Source: Polaromonas sp. (GTDB lineage: Bacteria; Pseudomonadota; Gammaproteobacteria; Burkholderiales; Burkholderiaceae_C). Taken from it: 64,000 nucleotides of DNA. How positions within the stretch are numbered: position 1 is the stretch's first letter; each line of letters opens with the position of its first letter. A model generated the notes under the pieces. It made no database searches. It was not told the DNA's origin and saw nothing but the letters and a program-made list of their open reading frames with translations. The DNA lies in contig JBBAPN010000007.1 of assembly GCA_040400815.1 (NCBI GenBank), positions 9,926 to 73,925 on the forward strand. Reading direction: 5' to 3'. Shown one piece after another: positions 47,287 to 58,778 of the stretch. A program made the translations under genes and the position numbers.

Positions 47287-49461
47287 ATGGTTGAAATCCA
47301 ACTTGACGGACAAACCGTGGCAGTGCCCGCGGGCAGCACGGTGATGCACGCTGCTGAAAAAGCCGGCACTTACATTCCGCATTTCTGCTATCACAAGAAG
47401 CTCAGCATTGCGGCCAACTGCCGCATGTGTTTGGTCGACGTCGAAAAAGCGCCGAAGCCGATGCCCGCTTGCGCCACGCCGGTGACGCAAGGCATGGTTG
47501 TGTTCACCAAAAACGACAAAGCCATCAAAGCCCAAAAGGGCGTGATGGAGTTTTTGTTGATCAACCACCCGCTGGACTGCCCGATCTGCGACCAAGGCGG
47601 CGAATGCCAATTGCAAGACTTGGCCGTCGGTTATGGCGGCAGCGGTTCGCGCTACCAAGAAGATAAACGCGTGGTCTTCCACAAGGACGTCGGGCCCCTG
47701 GTGTCGATGCAGGAAATGAGCCGTTGCATTCATTGCACGCGCTGCGTTCGTTTCGGCCAAGAAGTCGCTGGCGTGATGGAACTCGGCATGTCGCACCGCG
47801 GTGAGCATGCCGAAATCGAGACCTTTGTCGGCATGTCGGTGGACTCCGAGCTGTCGGGCAACATGATCGACATCTGCCCGGTCGGTGCGCTGACCAGCAA
47901 GCCCTTTCGTTACAGCGCCCGTACTTGGGAGCTGTCGCGTCGCAAGTCGGTCAGTCCGCACGACTCGACCGGCAGCAACTTGATTGTTCAGGTCAAAAAT
48001 AACAAGGTCATGCGTGTCTTGCCGCTTGAAAACGAAGACATCAACGAATGCTGGATTGCCGACCGCGACCGTTTCTCGTACGAAGCGCTGAACAGCAGCG
48101 AACGCCTGACCAGCCCGATGATCAAGCAGGGCGGCAAGTGGGCCACTGTTGATTGGCAGACCGCGCTGGAGTACGTCGCCAACGGCCTGAAACTCATCAA
48201 AGCCGACCACGGCGCAGCGAGCATCGGCACGCTGGCCAGCCCGCACAGCACCGTCGAAGAGCTGTACCTCGCCGGCGCCTTGATGCGCGGTCTGGGCAGC
48301 GAGAACATTGACCACCGCTTGCGCAACGCCGACTTCACGCCGACTGATTCCGTGCGCTGGTTAGGCACCTCGATTGCCTCGCTCAGCAACTTGCAACGCG
48401 TCTTGGTCGTCGGCTCCAACCTGCGCAAAGACCATCCGCTGTTTGCCCAACGCATTCGCCAAGCCGCGCGCAAGGGTTGCGCGGTCAACGCCATTGTCTC
48501 AACCCATGAGTTGTCAGCGGCTGACGCTTGGGCCTTGCCGCTGGCGGGCCGCTTGATGGCTGAGCCGGCGGATTGGTTCAAACAACTGGCTGAACTCGCT
48601 GCTGCGATTGCCGCAGAAACCGGCGCTGCGTTGCCGGTCGGCTTGCAGACGCCTGCCGCCAGCGCTGCGGCCAAGGCCAAGGCCATGGCTGTGTCGCTGC
48701 TGGGCGGCGAGCGCAAAGCTATTCTGCTCGGCAATGCCGCCGCCCACCACGCCCAAGCCAGCCACCTGCTGGCGCTGAGCAACTGGATTGCCATACAAAC
48801 CGGTGCCACATTGGGCTACTTGACGGAGGCGGCCAACACCGTGGGCGCACAGTTGGCTGGCGCGCAGCCCGTCGCCGCAGGTTTGCATGCTGGCCAAATG
48901 CTGGGCGGCCAACTCAAAGCGGTCATCTTGCTGAACAACGAGCCTGAGTTTGACTCGGCCGCTGGCGCGCAAGCAGCGGCAGGTTTAGAACATGCGCAGA
49001 TGGTCGTGACGCTGAGCCCGTTCAAGGCGAACATGGCTTTTTGCGACGTGCTGTTGCCGATCGCTCCTTTCACTGAAACGCCGGGCACTTTTGTCAACGC
49101 TCAAGGCCGGATTCAATCTTTCCATGCGGTCGTCAAGCCATTGGGCGACACCCGCCCCGCGTGGAAAGTCTTGCGCGTGCTGGGCAATATGCTCGGCTTG
49201 CCGGGCTTTGATTTCGACTCCTCGGCGGACGTCTTGGCGCAGGTTTTTGGCCCCGCCACTGAAGGCTTGGCACAAGTGCCAGCCGACCAGCTTGGCAACA
49301 CCACGCAAGCATTGGCAATGGCGACTTCGGCCCCGGTGGGCCGTCCGGTGGTGGCGGCTATTTACCAACTCGACGGCTTGGTTCGACGGGCCACAGCGCT
49401 GCAACTGACCGCCGATGCCCGACAGCTGACCGCTGTTTCAGAGCAAGAGGTCACCGCATGA
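47287..49461 (+). CDS. nuoG: NADH-quinone oxidoreductase subunit G
   Basis: [34 protein letters not shown]. Confidence 0.97.
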   Translation: MVEIQLDGQTVAVPAGSTVMHAAEKAGTYIPHFCYHKKLSIAANCRMCLVDVEKAPKPMPACATPVTQGMVVFTKNDKAIKAQKGVMEFLLINHPLDCPICDQGGECQLQDLAVGYGGSGSRYQEDKRVVFHKDVGPLVSMQEMSRCIHCTRCVRFGQEVAGVMELGMSHRGEHAEIETFVGMSVDSELSGNMIDICPVGALTSKPFRYSARTWELSRRKSVSPHDSTGSNLIVQVKNNKVMRVLPLENEDINECWIADRDRFSYEALNSSERLTSPMIKQGGKWATVDWQTALEYVANGLKLIKADHGAASIGTLASPHSTVEELYLAGALMRGLGSENIDHRLRNADFTPTDSVRWLGTSIASLSNLQRVLVVGSNLRKDHPLFAQRIRQAARKGCAVNAIVSTHELSAADAWALPLAGRLMAEPADWFKQLAELAAAIAAETGAALPVGLQTPAASAAAKAKAMAVSLLGGERKAILLGNAAAHHAQASHLLALSNWIAIQTGATLGYLTEAANTVGAQLAGAQPVAAGLHAGQMLGGQLKAVILLNNEPEFDSAAGAQAAAGLEHAQMVVTLSPFKANMAFCDVLLPIAPFTETPGTFVNAQGRIQSFHAVVKPLGDTRPAWKVLRVLGNMLGLPGFDFDSSADVLAQVFGPATEGLAQVPADQLGNTTQALAMATSAPVGRPVVAAIYQLDGLVRRATALQLTADARQLTAVSEQEVTA

Positions 49462-50534
49462 TCGAGAGTATTTTTCTGACCGGCCAAGGCCTCATGGGCG
49501 GCCTGTGGCCGAGCATCATCTGGCCGGTGGTCTGGACGCTGATCAAAATCATCGCTGTCTTGTTGCCGCTGCTGGGTTGCGTGGCTTACCTGACGCTGTG
49601 GGAGCGCAAAGCCATTGGTTTCACGCAGATTCGCTTGGGCCCGAACCGGGTTGGCCCCTTTGGTTTGCTGCAGCCGATTGCCGACGCCCTCAAGCTGCTG
49701 ACCAAAGAAATCATCATGCCGACAGCGGCCAGCAAGGGCTTGTTTGTGCTCGGCCCGATCATGACCATCATGCCGGCGCTGGCAGCTTGGGCGGTGATTC
49801 CGTTCGGCCCCGAAGTCGCACTGGCCAACATCAATGCGGGACTGCTGTTTCTGATGGCCATCACCTCGCTGGAGGTTTACGGCGTCATCATCGCTGGTTG
49901 GGCCTCCAATTCTAAATACGCGTTTCTCGGCGCGCTGCGGGCTTCGGCCCAAATGGTCAGCTACGAAATCGCCATGGGCTTTTGCCTGGTGGTGGTGCTG
50001 ATGGTTTCTGGCAGCCTGAACATGACCGACATTGTCATGGGCCAAGCGCACGGCATGGCGGCCAGCCGTGGTTTGAACTTCTTGTCGTGGAACTGGTTGC
50101 CGTTGTTGCCGATCTTCGTGGTCTATTTCATCGCCGGTTTGGCAGAAACCAACCGCCACCCGTTTGACGTTGTTGAAGGTGAATCTGAAATTGTGGCCGG
50201 CCACATGGTCGAGTACTCGGGCATGGCCTTTGCCATGTTCTTTTTGGCTGAATACGCCAACATGATTCTGGTCTCGGTGCTCTGCGTGATCTTGTTTCTC
50301 GGCGGATGGTTATCGCCGATTGACTCGGCACTCTTCAACTGGATTCCGGGTTGGCTCTGGCTGGGTCTGAAATCCTTTGTCGTGGTCACCATGTTCTTGT
50401 GGGTGCGCGCCACCTTCCCACGCTTTCGCTATGACCAGATCATGCGTTTGGGTTGGAAGATTTTCATCCCCGTCACGCTAGTCTGGCTGGTGGTGGTTGC
50501 GGCTTGGATGCAGACGCCTTACTCTATTTGGTGA
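49458..50534 (+). CDS. nuoH: NADH-quinone oxidoreductase subunit H
   Basis: [28 protein letters not shown]. Confidence 0.97.
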   Translation: MIESIFLTGQGLMGGLWPSIIWPVVWTLIKIIAVLLPLLGCVAYLTLWERKAIGFTQIRLGPNRVGPFGLLQPIADALKLLTKEIIMPTAASKGLFVLGPIMTIMPALAAWAVIPFGPEVALANINAGLLFLMAITSLEVYGVIIAGWASNSKYAFLGALRASAQMVSYEIAMGFCLVVVLMVSGSLNMTDIVMGQAHGMAASRGLNFLSWNWLPLLPIFVVYFIAGLAETNRHPFDVVEGESEIVAGHMVEYSGMAFAMFFLAEYANMILVSVLCVILFLGGWLSPIDSALFNWIPGWLWLGLKSFVVVTMFLWVRATFPRFRYDQIMRLGWKIFIPVTLVWLVVVAAWMQTPYSIW

Positions 50535-50540
50535 CTGTGT

Positions 50541-50640
50541 GCCCCCACGTTCGCTCACTTTGTGTCGCTCTCTGCCCCCCGAGGGGGCGATGCGCCTGCG
50601 GCCCGGCAAAGCCGGTTGCGCGGCCCTTGCTGGCGTGGAG
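50541..50640. repeat. GC-rich palindromic intergenic element (REP/MITE-like) between nuoH and nuoI
   Basis: GCCCCC-CGA-GGGGGC and CCGGC-AAA-GCCGG hairpins within CCACG..CGTGG ends; only one copy in window, so repeat status is inferred. Confidence 0.5.
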
Positions 50641-50677
50641 ATTCAGATCGTGCGTCTTTTGATTGCGAGAAATTAAT

Positions 50678-51172
50678 ATGTCAGTTGCTTCTGTCAAAGA
50701 TTTTGTCTCGAGCTTCATGCTCATTGAGCTGTTCAAGGGCATGGCCCTGACCGGCAAGTACATGTTTCGCAGCAAGATCACGGTTCAGTTCCCTGAAGAA
50801 AAAACGCCGCAGAGTCCGCGTTTTCGGGGTTTGCATGCGCTGCGCCGTTATGACAACGGTGAAGAACGTTGCATTGCCTGCAAGCTCTGCGAAGCGGTCT
50901 GCCCGGCCATGGCCATCACCATCGAGTCGGATGTGCGTGAAGACGGCAGCCGCCGCACCTCGCGTTACGACATCGACCTGACCAAGTGCATTTTTTGCGG
51001 CTTCTGTGAAGAGAGCTGCCCGGTGGACTCGATTGTCGAGACCCACATCTTTGAATACCACGGCGAAAAACGCGGCGACCTGTACTTCACCAAAGACATG
51101 TTGCTGGCCGTTGGTGACCGCTACGAAGCTGAGATTGCGGCCAACAAGGCGGTTGACGCCAAGTACCGCTGA
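50678..51172 (+). CDS. nuoI: NADH-quinone oxidoreductase subunit I
   Basis: [12 protein letters not shown] and [12 protein letters not shown]. Confidence 0.97.
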   Translation: MSVASVKDFVSSFMLIELFKGMALTGKYMFRSKITVQFPEEKTPQSPRFRGLHALRRYDNGEERCIACKLCEAVCPAMAITIESDVREDGSRRTSRYDIDLTKCIFCGFCEESCPVDSIVETHIFEYHGEKRGDLYFTKDMLLAVGDRYEAEIAANKAVDAKYR

Positions 51173-51239
51173 GCCTGCCGATAAGCCATCCGTTCCAACA
51201 TTCGCCCCTTGCTGCCCGCACGAAAGAAGCCACACCCAC

Positions 51240-51893
51240 ATGGACGCTAACTCAGGTCTTTTTTACGCTTTTGCTGCGCTGCTTTTATTTGCCGCCTTCA
51301 AGGTCATCACCGCCCGCAACCCGGTTCACGCGGCACTTTATTTGGTGCTGGCGTTTTTTCAAGCTTCGGCGCTGTGGATTTTGCTGAAAGCTGAGTTTTT
51401 GGCGATCGCCTTGGTGCTGGTCTATGTCGGTGCGGTGATGGTCTTGTTTCTCTTTGTGGTGATGATGCTGGACATCAACCTCGACGGTGCACGCAAAGGT
51501 TTCTGGAAGCATTTCCCGCTGGCGGCTGCCGTTGGCGCTTTCATCGCGCTCGAAATGGCGGCCGTGCTGATGGGCGGTTTCCGGCTCAGCGAACCGCCCA
51601 AAGTGGCGCTGGTGATCGGCGAAGTTGGCTTGCCCTTTTCCAACACCAAAGAGCTGGGCAAGCTGCTGTATTCGCAGTACCTGTACCCGCTCGAAGTGGC
51701 TGCTGCGATTTTGCTGGTCGCCATGATCGCTGCGATTGCCTTGACATTGCGCCAACGCAAAGACTCCAAAGCCATCAACCCGGCGGACCAGGTTCGCGTC
51801 AAGAGCGCGGACCGCGTTCGGATCGTCAAAATGAAGCCAACCCTGCCAGCACCTGCGCTGGCTGCAGCGACTGTTGAGGAGACAAAAACATGA
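51240..51893 (+). CDS. nuoJ: NADH-quinone oxidoreductase subunit J
   Basis: [27 protein letters not shown]; start trimmed to ATG 51240. Confidence 0.95.
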   Translation: MDANSGLFYAFAALLLFAAFKVITARNPVHAALYLVLAFFQASALWILLKAEFLAIALVLVYVGAVMVLFLFVVMMLDINLDGARKGFWKHFPLAAAVGAFIALEMAAVLMGGFRLSEPPKVALVIGEVGLPFSNTKELGKLLYSQYLYPLEVAAAILLVAMIAAIALTLRQRKDSKAINPADQVRVKSADRVRIVKMKPTLPAPALAAATVEETKT

Positions 51894-52195
51894 TCACCTT
51901 GGGCCACTTTTTGTCACTCGGCGCGATGTTGTTCGCGCTGTCGGTGATTGGTATTTTCTTGAACCGAAAAAACCTGATTGTGCTGTTGATGGCGATTGAG
52001 CTGATGCTCTTGGCCGTCAACATGAACTTCGTGGCCTTCTCGTATTACCTGAACGACATGGCCGGCCAGATATTCGTTTTCTTCATCTTGACTGTGGCCG
52101 CGGCTGAGTCGGCGATTGGCTTGGCCATTTTGGTGCTCTTGTTCCGCAACAAGGCCAGCATCAATGTGGACGAACTCAACACGCTCAAGGGTTGA
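51890..52195 (+). CDS. nuoK: NADH-quinone oxidoreductase subunit K
   Basis: [21 protein letters not shown]. Confidence 0.97.
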   Translation: MITLGHFLSLGAMLFALSVIGIFLNRKNLIVLLMAIELMLLAVNMNFVAFSYYLNDMAGQIFVFFILTVAAAESAIGLAILVLLFRNKASINVDELNTLKG

Positions 52196-52270
52196 GCCTG
52201 ATGCTGCACGCTTTTGTTGTCCCCTTAGCGTTTTTTTGCCGACCATTTTTTGAGTAAATAAGAACACACG

Positions 52271-54316
52271 ATGAGTCAAACCCTTTCCGCCTCCACTTTG
52301 TTGGCCGTGCCATTGGCGCCGCTGGTCGGCTCTTTGCTGGCCGGCATTTTGGGCACCGCCTTGGGTGGCAACCTGATCGGTCGGCGCCTGACCCACTCGC
52401 TGACCATTCTGGGTGTGTTGGTGGCTTTCGTCTTGTCGGCTTTGACGCTGCAAAGCGTCGCCTTCGATGGCGCGCGTTTCAACGAGACGCTCTACACCTG
52501 GATGGTGGTCGGCGGCATGAAGATGGAGATCGGTTTTCTGGTCGACGGCTTGACCGCCATGATGATGTGCGTGGTCACTTTTGTCTCCTTGATGGTGCAT
52601 ATTTACACCATTGGCTACATGAAGGAAGACGCTGGCTACAACCGCTTCTTCGCCTACATCTCGCTGTTCACGTTCTCCATGTTGATGCTGGTCATGAGCA
52701 ACAACATGCTGCAGCTGTTTTTCGGCTGGGAGGCTGTCGGTTTGGTGTCGTATTTGCTGATTGGTTTCTGGTTCAACAAACCGACCGCGATTTTTGCCAA
52801 CATGAAAGCCTTCTTGGTCAACCGTGTGGGTGACTTCGGTTTCATCCTCGGCATCGGCCTGATAGCGGCTTACGCCGGCACCTTGAATTACACCGAGGCG
52901 TTTGCCCAGACCGACAAGTTAGCGCTGCTGACACTGCCCGGCACCGGCTGGATGTTGGTGACTGTCATCAGCATCTGCCTGTTCATTGGCGCGATGGGCA
53001 AGTCCGCGCAGTTTCCGCTGCACGTCTGGCTGCCAGACTCGATGGAAGGCCCGACCCCGATTTCGGCGCTGATTCACGCGGCGACCATGGTCACCGCGGG
53101 TATTTTCATGGTGGCCCGCATGTCACCGATCTTTGAATTGAGCGACACGGCACTCAGTTTCATCATGGTCATCGGCGCCATCACTGCGCTGTTCATGGGT
53201 TTTCTGGGCATCATTCAAAACGACATCAAACGCGTGGTGGCTTACTCGACGCTCTCGCAACTCGGTTACATGACCGTCGCCTTGGGCGCTTCAGCTTATT
53301 CAGTGGCGGTGTTCCACCTCATGACGCACGCCTTCTTCAAAGCGCTGCTGTTCCTGGCGGCCGGCTCGGTCATCATGGGCGTGCACCACAACCAAGACAT
53401 CCGTTGGATGGGCGGTTTGCGTAAATACATGCCGATCACTTGGATCACTTCGCTGGCAGGTTCCTTGGCTTTGATCGGCACGCCGCTGTTTGCTGGTTTC
53501 TACTCCAAAGACAGCATCATTGAAGCTGTTCACGAAAGCCATCTGGCAGGCGCTGGCTTTGCTTACTTCGCCGTGCTGGCAGGTGTTTTTGTCACCGCTT
53601 TTTATTCCTTCCGGATGTACTTTCTGGTCTTTCATGGCAAGGAGCGTTACGACCAAAACCCGGATGCCCACCATGACGGGCATGACGCGCACAACGACCA
53701 TGGCCACCACGGTCACGCTGACGCCCACGCTGGCAAGCCACATGAATCGCCTTGGGTGGTGACGCTGCCGCTGGTGTTGTTGGCGATTCCGTCGGTGCTG
53801 ATTGGCTTCTTTGCCATTGAGCCGATGTTGTTTGGTGACTTCTTCAAAGACGCCATTCACATCAACCTTGAAAAACACCCGGCGATGGAAGAACTCGCCG
53901 CCATGTTCCACGGGCCGCTGCAAATGGCTGTGCACGGCTTGTCATCTGCACCGTTTTGGCTGGCTTTGTCGGGTGTGGTGTTGGCCTATTACATGTACAT
54001 GGTCAACCCGGCATTGCCGAAAGCCATCCAACGCGTGGTGCAGCCAATTCACACCTTGCTCGAAAACAAGTACTACCTCGACTGGTTCAATGAAAACGTG
54101 CTGGCCCGTGGCGCGCGCGGTCTGGGCATGGGCTTGTGGAAAGGTGGCGACCAGGCCCTCATCGACGGCGCTTTGGTCAACGGCTCGTGGAAGCTGATGG
54201 CCTGGGTGTCGGGACTGGTACGGCGTTTGCAGTCCGGCTTTATCTACCATTACGCTTTCGGAATGATCATCGGGATTTTTGTGCTCATGACGTACTTTGT
54301 CGTGCTGAATAAATAA
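52271..54316 (+). CDS. nuoL: NADH-quinone oxidoreductase subunit L
   Basis: GKSAQFPLHVWLPDSMEGPTPISALIHAATMV, HAFFKALLFL. Confidence 0.97.
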   Translation: MSQTLSASTLLAVPLAPLVGSLLAGILGTALGGNLIGRRLTHSLTILGVLVAFVLSALTLQSVAFDGARFNETLYTWMVVGGMKMEIGFLVDGLTAMMMCVVTFVSLMVHIYTIGYMKEDAGYNRFFAYISLFTFSMLMLVMSNNMLQLFFGWEAVGLVSYLLIGFWFNKPTAIFANMKAFLVNRVGDFGFILGIGLIAAYAGTLNYTEAFAQTDKLALLTLPGTGWMLVTVISICLFIGAMGKSAQFPLHVWLPDSMEGPTPISALIHAATMVTAGIFMVARMSPIFELSDTALSFIMVIGAITALFMGFLGIIQNDIKRVVAYSTLSQLGYMTVALGASAYSVAVFHLMTHAFFKALLFLAAGSVIMGVHHNQDIRWMGGLRKYMPITWITSLAGSLALIGTPLFAGFYSKDSIIEAVHESHLAGAGFAYFAVLAGVFVTAFYSFRMYFLVFHGKERYDQNPDAHHDGHDAHNDHGHHGHADAHAGKPHESPWVVTLPLVLLAIPSVLIGFFAIEPMLFGDFFKDAIHINLEKHPAMEELAAMFHGPLQMAVHGLSSAPFWLALSGVVLAYYMYMVNPALPKAIQRVVQPIHTLLENKYYLDWFNENVLARGARGLGMGLWKGGDQALIDGALVNGSWKLMAWVSGLVRRLQSGFIYHYAFGMIIGIFVLMTYFVVLNK

Positions 54317-54338
54317 CAGACAAGAAAGAAGAACAAAA

Positions 54339-55814
54339 ATGGGTTTGTTGAGCCTGGCGATTTGGACGCCAATTTTTTTCGGCATCGTGCTGTTGGCCAT
54401 TGGTCATGACGAGCAAGCCCGTGCCGTGCGCTGGGTGGCCTTGCTCGGCTCGATCGTCAGCTTTCTCATCACCTTGCCGCTTTATACGCGCTTTCAGCTC
54501 GGCACATCGGCCATGCAGTTCGTTGAAAACCAGCCATGGATTGATCGTTTCAACGTCAACTACCACCTCGGTATTGACGGCATTTCGCTGTGGTTTGTGC
54601 TGCTCACCGCCTTCATCAACGTGGTGGTGGTCATCGCCAGTTGGGAGTCCATCACCCAGCGCGTGAACCAGTACATGGGCGCGTTCATGGTCCTCAGCGG
54701 CCTGATGATCGGTGTTTTTTCGGCGCTCGACGGTTTGCTGTTTTTCGTCTTTTTTGAAGCCACGCTGATCCCGATGTACCTGATCATTGGCATCTGGGGC
54801 GGCCCGAACAAGATTTACGCGGCCTTCAAATTCTTTTTGTACACCTTGCTCGGCTCTTTGTTGATGCTGGTCGCGCTGGTTTACTTGTACGTTCAGTCGG
54901 GCGGTAGCTTTGACCTCGCCACTTGGCAGCAACTGCCTTTGACGGGCCCGGTACAGACCTTGCTGTTTTTCGCCTTTCTGGCCGCTTTCGCGGTCAAGGT
55001 GCCGATGTGGCCGGTTCACACTTGGTTGCCCGACGTTCACGTCGAAGCGCCCACTGGCGGATCGGCGGTCTTGGCTGCCGTCATGTTGAAGCTGGGTGCC
55101 TACGGATTTTTGCGTTTCTCCTTGCCCATCGCACCAGACGCGGCACGCGAGTGGGCCTGGCTGATGATCACTTTGTCGCTGATTGCTGTGATGTACGTCG
55201 GCTTGGTGGCGATGGTCCAAAAAGACATGAAAAAGCTGGTGGCTTATTCATCGGTCGCGCACATGGGTTTTGTCACCCTTGGCTTCTTCATCTTCAACCC
55301 GCTGGGTGTCTCGGGTGGCATCGTGCAGATGGTCGCGCACGGCTTTGTCTCGGCCGCCATGTTTTTGGGTATTGGCGTCTTGTACGACCGCGTGCATTCG
55401 CGTGAGATCGCCAGCTACGGCGGGGTCATTAACACCATGCCGAAGTTTGCCGCTTTTGCGCTGCTGTTTGCCATGGCCAATTGTGGTTTGCCCGGCACGG
55501 CAGGTTTTGTCGGTGAGTGGATGGTCATTTTGGGGGCCATTCAGTTTGACTTTTGGGTTGGCATGGCAGCGGCTTCGGCCCTTATTTTTGGTGCGGCTTA
55601 CACGCTCTGGATGTTCAAACGCGTCTACCTCGGCCCGGTTGCCAATGACGATGTGAAGAACCTCAAAGACATCAACGGCCGCGAGATTTTGATGCTGTCG
55701 CTGCTGGCGATTGCCGTGCTCTACATGGGTATTTACCCGAAACCGTTTACCGATGTGATGGACGCTTCCATGCTTGACTTGCTCAAGCATGTGGCCACCT
55801 CCAAGCTGAACTAA
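54339..55814 (+). CDS. nuoM: NADH-quinone oxidoreductase subunit M
   Basis: [37 protein letters not shown]. Confidence 0.97.
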   Translation: MGLLSLAIWTPIFFGIVLLAIGHDEQARAVRWVALLGSIVSFLITLPLYTRFQLGTSAMQFVENQPWIDRFNVNYHLGIDGISLWFVLLTAFINVVVVIASWESITQRVNQYMGAFMVLSGLMIGVFSALDGLLFFVFFEATLIPMYLIIGIWGGPNKIYAAFKFFLYTLLGSLLMLVALVYLYVQSGGSFDLATWQQLPLTGPVQTLLFFAFLAAFAVKVPMWPVHTWLPDVHVEAPTGGSAVLAAVMLKLGAYGFLRFSLPIAPDAAREWAWLMITLSLIAVMYVGLVAMVQKDMKKLVAYSSVAHMGFVTLGFFIFNPLGVSGGIVQMVAHGFVSAAMFLGIGVLYDRVHSREIASYGGVINTMPKFAAFALLFAMANCGLPGTAGFVGEWMVILGAIQFDFWVGMAAASALIFGAAYTLWMFKRVYLGPVANDDVKNLKDINGREILMLSLLAIAVLYMGIYPKPFTDVMDASMLDLLKHVATSKLN

Positions 55815-55851
55815 GCGCCGGTCCCAAGAACAACATTTCAAAAGAACTCCG

Positions 55852-57354
55852 ATGATTGACACCTTGAGCTGGATCACCGTTTACCCCGAAATCATCTTGC
55901 TGGTCATGGCTTGCGTGATTGCGCTGCTCGACCTCGGCGTGAAGACGCCACTGCGCGGCACAACCTACATCTTGACGCTGCTGACCTTGGCCGGCGTAGC
56001 GGCGTTGCAGGGCTTGTATGCCGTGCAAGCTGAGACGGTCTATGGTTTCGGCCAGATGGTGGTCAGCGACCCGATGGGCAATTGGCTGAAATGCTTTGCC
56101 GCCATCGCGCTGATGGTCTCGCTGGTCTATGGTCGGCCTTACGCGGCGGACCGCGACATGTTGCGCGGCGGCGAATACTTCACTATCAGCCTGTTCTCTT
56201 TGCTCGGCATTTTCGTGATGATCTCGGGCCATAACTTTTTGGTCATTTACATGGGTTTAGAGCTCATGACCCTGTCGAGTTACGCCTTGGTGGCCTTGCG
56301 GCGCGACGACGCCACAGCCACCGAAGCGGCCATGAAGTACTTTGTATTGGGTGCACTGGCGTCGGGCTTTTTACTTTACGGTTTGTCGATGATTTACGGT
56401 GCCACCGGTTCGCTCAATGTGCATGAGGTGTTCCAGGCGATCGCCAGCCGTCAGGTCAAGCACCAGGTGCTGGTTTTTGGGCTGGTCTTCATCGTCGCTG
56501 GTTTGGCGTTCAAGCTCGGCGCCGTGCCGTTTCACATGTGGTTGCCGGACGTTTACCAGGGGGCGCCGACAGCCATCACGCTGCTGATTGGTGCTGCGCC
56601 GCAGTTGGCCGCTTTTGCCATCTGCATGCGTCTGTTGGTTCAAGGCATGTTGCCTTTGGCGATTGACTGGCAGCAGATGCTGGCCGTGCTGGCGGTGGGT
56701 TCTTTGCTGATCGGCAATTTTGCGGCGATTGCGCAAACCAACCTGAAGCGGATGTTGGCTTTTTCAACCATCGCGCAAATGGGTTTCCTGCTGCTGGCCA
56801 TGATGGCGGGCGTCGTCAATGGCCAGCAGTTCAATGCCGAGTCCGCTTATGGCGCCGCCATGTTTTACGTCATCACCTACGTGCTGACCACGCTGGCGGC
56901 GTTTGGCATTATTTTGCTGCTGGCCCGGCAGGGCAATGAAGCCGAAGAAATTGTCGATCTGGCGGGTTTGAACCAACGCAGTCCGCTGTTCGCCGGTGTC
57001 ATGGCCTTGGCGATGTTTTCGCTGGCTGGTATTCCACCGCTGGTCGGTTTTTACGCCAAGCTGGCGGTCTTGCAGTCGCTGATGGCGGCCCAACAAACCA
57101 GCTATTTGTTGCTCACGGTCTTTGCTGTACTGGCTTCTTTGATCGGCGCTTTTTACTACCTTCGCGTGATCAAGGTCATGTACTTTGACGCACCGAACCT
57201 GGCCATGCCCAGCGTGATTCTGTCGCGCACCGATGCCCGCGTGGTGCTGGCCTTGAACGGTGGACTGTTGCTGGTCTTGGGGATCGCGCCGGGCGGCTTG
57301 ATGACGCTTTGCGGCAACGCCATGGCGACCTTGGTCAACACGCTGGTGTATTGA
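55852..57354 (+). CDS. nuoN: NADH-quinone oxidoreductase subunit N
   Basis: [34 protein letters not shown]. Confidence 0.97.
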   Translation: MIDTLSWITVYPEIILLVMACVIALLDLGVKTPLRGTTYILTLLTLAGVAALQGLYAVQAETVYGFGQMVVSDPMGNWLKCFAAIALMVSLVYGRPYAADRDMLRGGEYFTISLFSLLGIFVMISGHNFLVIYMGLELMTLSSYALVALRRDDATATEAAMKYFVLGALASGFLLYGLSMIYGATGSLNVHEVFQAIASRQVKHQVLVFGLVFIVAGLAFKLGAVPFHMWLPDVYQGAPTAITLLIGAAPQLAAFAICMRLLVQGMLPLAIDWQQMLAVLAVGSLLIGNFAAIAQTNLKRMLAFSTIAQMGFLLLAMMAGVVNGQQFNAESAYGAAMFYVITYVLTTLAAFGIILLLARQGNEAEEIVDLAGLNQRSPLFAGVMALAMFSLAGIPPLVGFYAKLAVLQSLMAAQQTSYLLLTVFAVLASLIGAFYYLRVIKVMYFDAPNLAMPSVILSRTDARVVLALNGGLLLVLGIAPGGLMTLCGNAMATLVNTLVY

Positions 57355-57359
57355 CGGCC

Positions 57360-57659
57360 ATGGGTCAAACTGTTCCGGTCTGGTTGCTTGTCTGGCTGTC
57401 ATTGTTGGCGGCTAATTTGCCTTTCATCAGCACCCGTTTCATGGCGATTTACCGCTTGAAAGAGGGCAAGTCATTGGCACTTCGGCTGCTTGAGCTGGTG
57501 CTTTGGTATTTCATCGCTGGTGCGGTCGGCCTCGGGCTGGAGCAACGGGGTGGGCAGATCGCTGCACAGGGTTGGGAGTTCTACGCCATCACCGCCACGC
57601 TGTTTGTCACCTTTGCCTTTCCAGGCTTTGTCTACCGCTACTTGTTCAAATTGCGATGA
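57360..57659 (+). CDS. Small membrane protein (DUF2818-like)
   Basis: AANLPF, QGWEFYAIT..FAFPGFVYRYL; position after nuoN. Confidence 0.75.
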   Translation: MGQTVPVWLLVWLSLLAANLPFISTRFMAIYRLKEGKSLALRLLELVLWYFIAGAVGLGLEQRGGQIAAQGWEFYAITATLFVTFAFPGFVYRYLFKLR

Positions 57660-58240
57660 CTGGTTCGGCTGTCGACGCGCATCTCAGAGAAACCCGCGTC
57701 GCCAGTGAGGAGCTGTTGCGCGGTCATTTTTTGCATGCTTTTCGTGACACGGTGCGGCTGCCAGACGGCCAACAGGCGAGCCGCGAATACGTGGTTCATC
57801 CGGGTGCCGTGATGGTGATCGCTGAGCTGCCTGATGGTCAGTGGGTGCTGGAGCGCCAGTTTCGCTACCCGGTGCAGGCGGTGATGATTGAGTTTCCGGC
57901 GGGCAAGCTCGACGCCGGCGAAGCCTCGCTGGACTGCGCCCGTCGAGAACTGCTCGAAGAAACCGGCTACACGGCCAAGCAATGGGCCCGCGCTGGGGTC
58001 GTGCACCCGGTGATCTCTTACTCCACCGAATTCATCGACATCTGGTTCGCCCGTGACTTGACTGCCGGGCCACGCCAGCTAGACGCCGGTGAGTTTCTCG
58101 AGGTTTTCAGTGCCACGGCCGACGACTTGTTGCAGTGGTGCCGCGACGGCAGCGTCACTGATGCCAAGACCTTGACCGGTGCCCTTTGGTTGCAAAACGT
58201 GCGCTCAGGGGCGTGGGCTTTGGACTGGGTCACCGTTTGA
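57656..58240 (+). CDS. NUDIX hydrolase (ADP-ribose pyrophosphatase-like)
   Basis: EFPAGKLDAGEASLDCARRELLEETGY Nudix box; RQFRYP. Confidence 0.92.
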   Translation: MTGSAVDAHLRETRVASEELLRGHFLHAFRDTVRLPDGQQASREYVVHPGAVMVIAELPDGQWVLERQFRYPVQAVMIEFPAGKLDAGEASLDCARRELLEETGYTAKQWARAGVVHPVISYSTEFIDIWFARDLTAGPRQLDAGEFLEVFSATADDLLQWCRDGSVTDAKTLTGALWLQNVRSGAWALDWVTV

Positions 58241-58261
58241 CTTTTCCCTCACAATCGAGCC

Positions 58262-58765
58262 ATGAAAGTTCTTGACCTGAAGTGTGCCCACCAGCATGTG
58301 TTCGAAGGCTGGTTCGCGTCCGAAGTTGATTTTCAAAGCCAACTCGGGCGCGGCTTGGTGGCCTGTCCCCTGTGCGGCGATGTGAGCATCAGCAAGCAAC
58401 TCAGCGCACCGCGGCTGAATCTGGGGGCAACGGCCAGTCCGTCGGCTGCAGGCGGGCCGGGCGTTTCAGCTTCAACAGCGCTGGCGCCGGCGCAAACCGT
58501 CGCGGTCGACATGTCGACGCAGGACCGGCAGGCCATGCAAGACATGCAGGGCGACTGGCTGAAAATGATGCGCCAAGTGGTCGCCAACACCGAGGACGTC
58601 GGCAGCCATTTTGCGGAAGTGGCGCGCCAAATGCATTACGGCGAAACCGATGAGCGCAGCATTCGGGGCCAAACCTCGCGCGAAGAAGCCGTGGCCTTGC
58701 TGGAGGAAGGGATTGCCGTGATGCCTTTGCCGATGCCCGCGTTGAGCAAAGAGACGCTGCAGTAA
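58262..58765 (+). CDS. DUF1178-family protein (putative Zn-binding)
   Basis: CAHQHVFEGWFAS, CPLCG, TEDVG..FAEVARQMHYGE..RSIRG. Confidence 0.85.
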   Translation: MKVLDLKCAHQHVFEGWFASEVDFQSQLGRGLVACPLCGDVSISKQLSAPRLNLGATASPSAAGGPGVSASTALAPAQTVAVDMSTQDRQAMQDMQGDWLKMMRQVVANTEDVGSHFAEVARQMHYGETDERSIRGQTSREEAVALLEEGIAVMPLPMPALSKETLQ

Positions 58766-58778
58766 GGCGGACTTTCGC

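Noticed and set aside
53668-53743. His-rich stretch in NuoL
   Set aside because: His-rich loops at this position are common in proteobacterial NuoL
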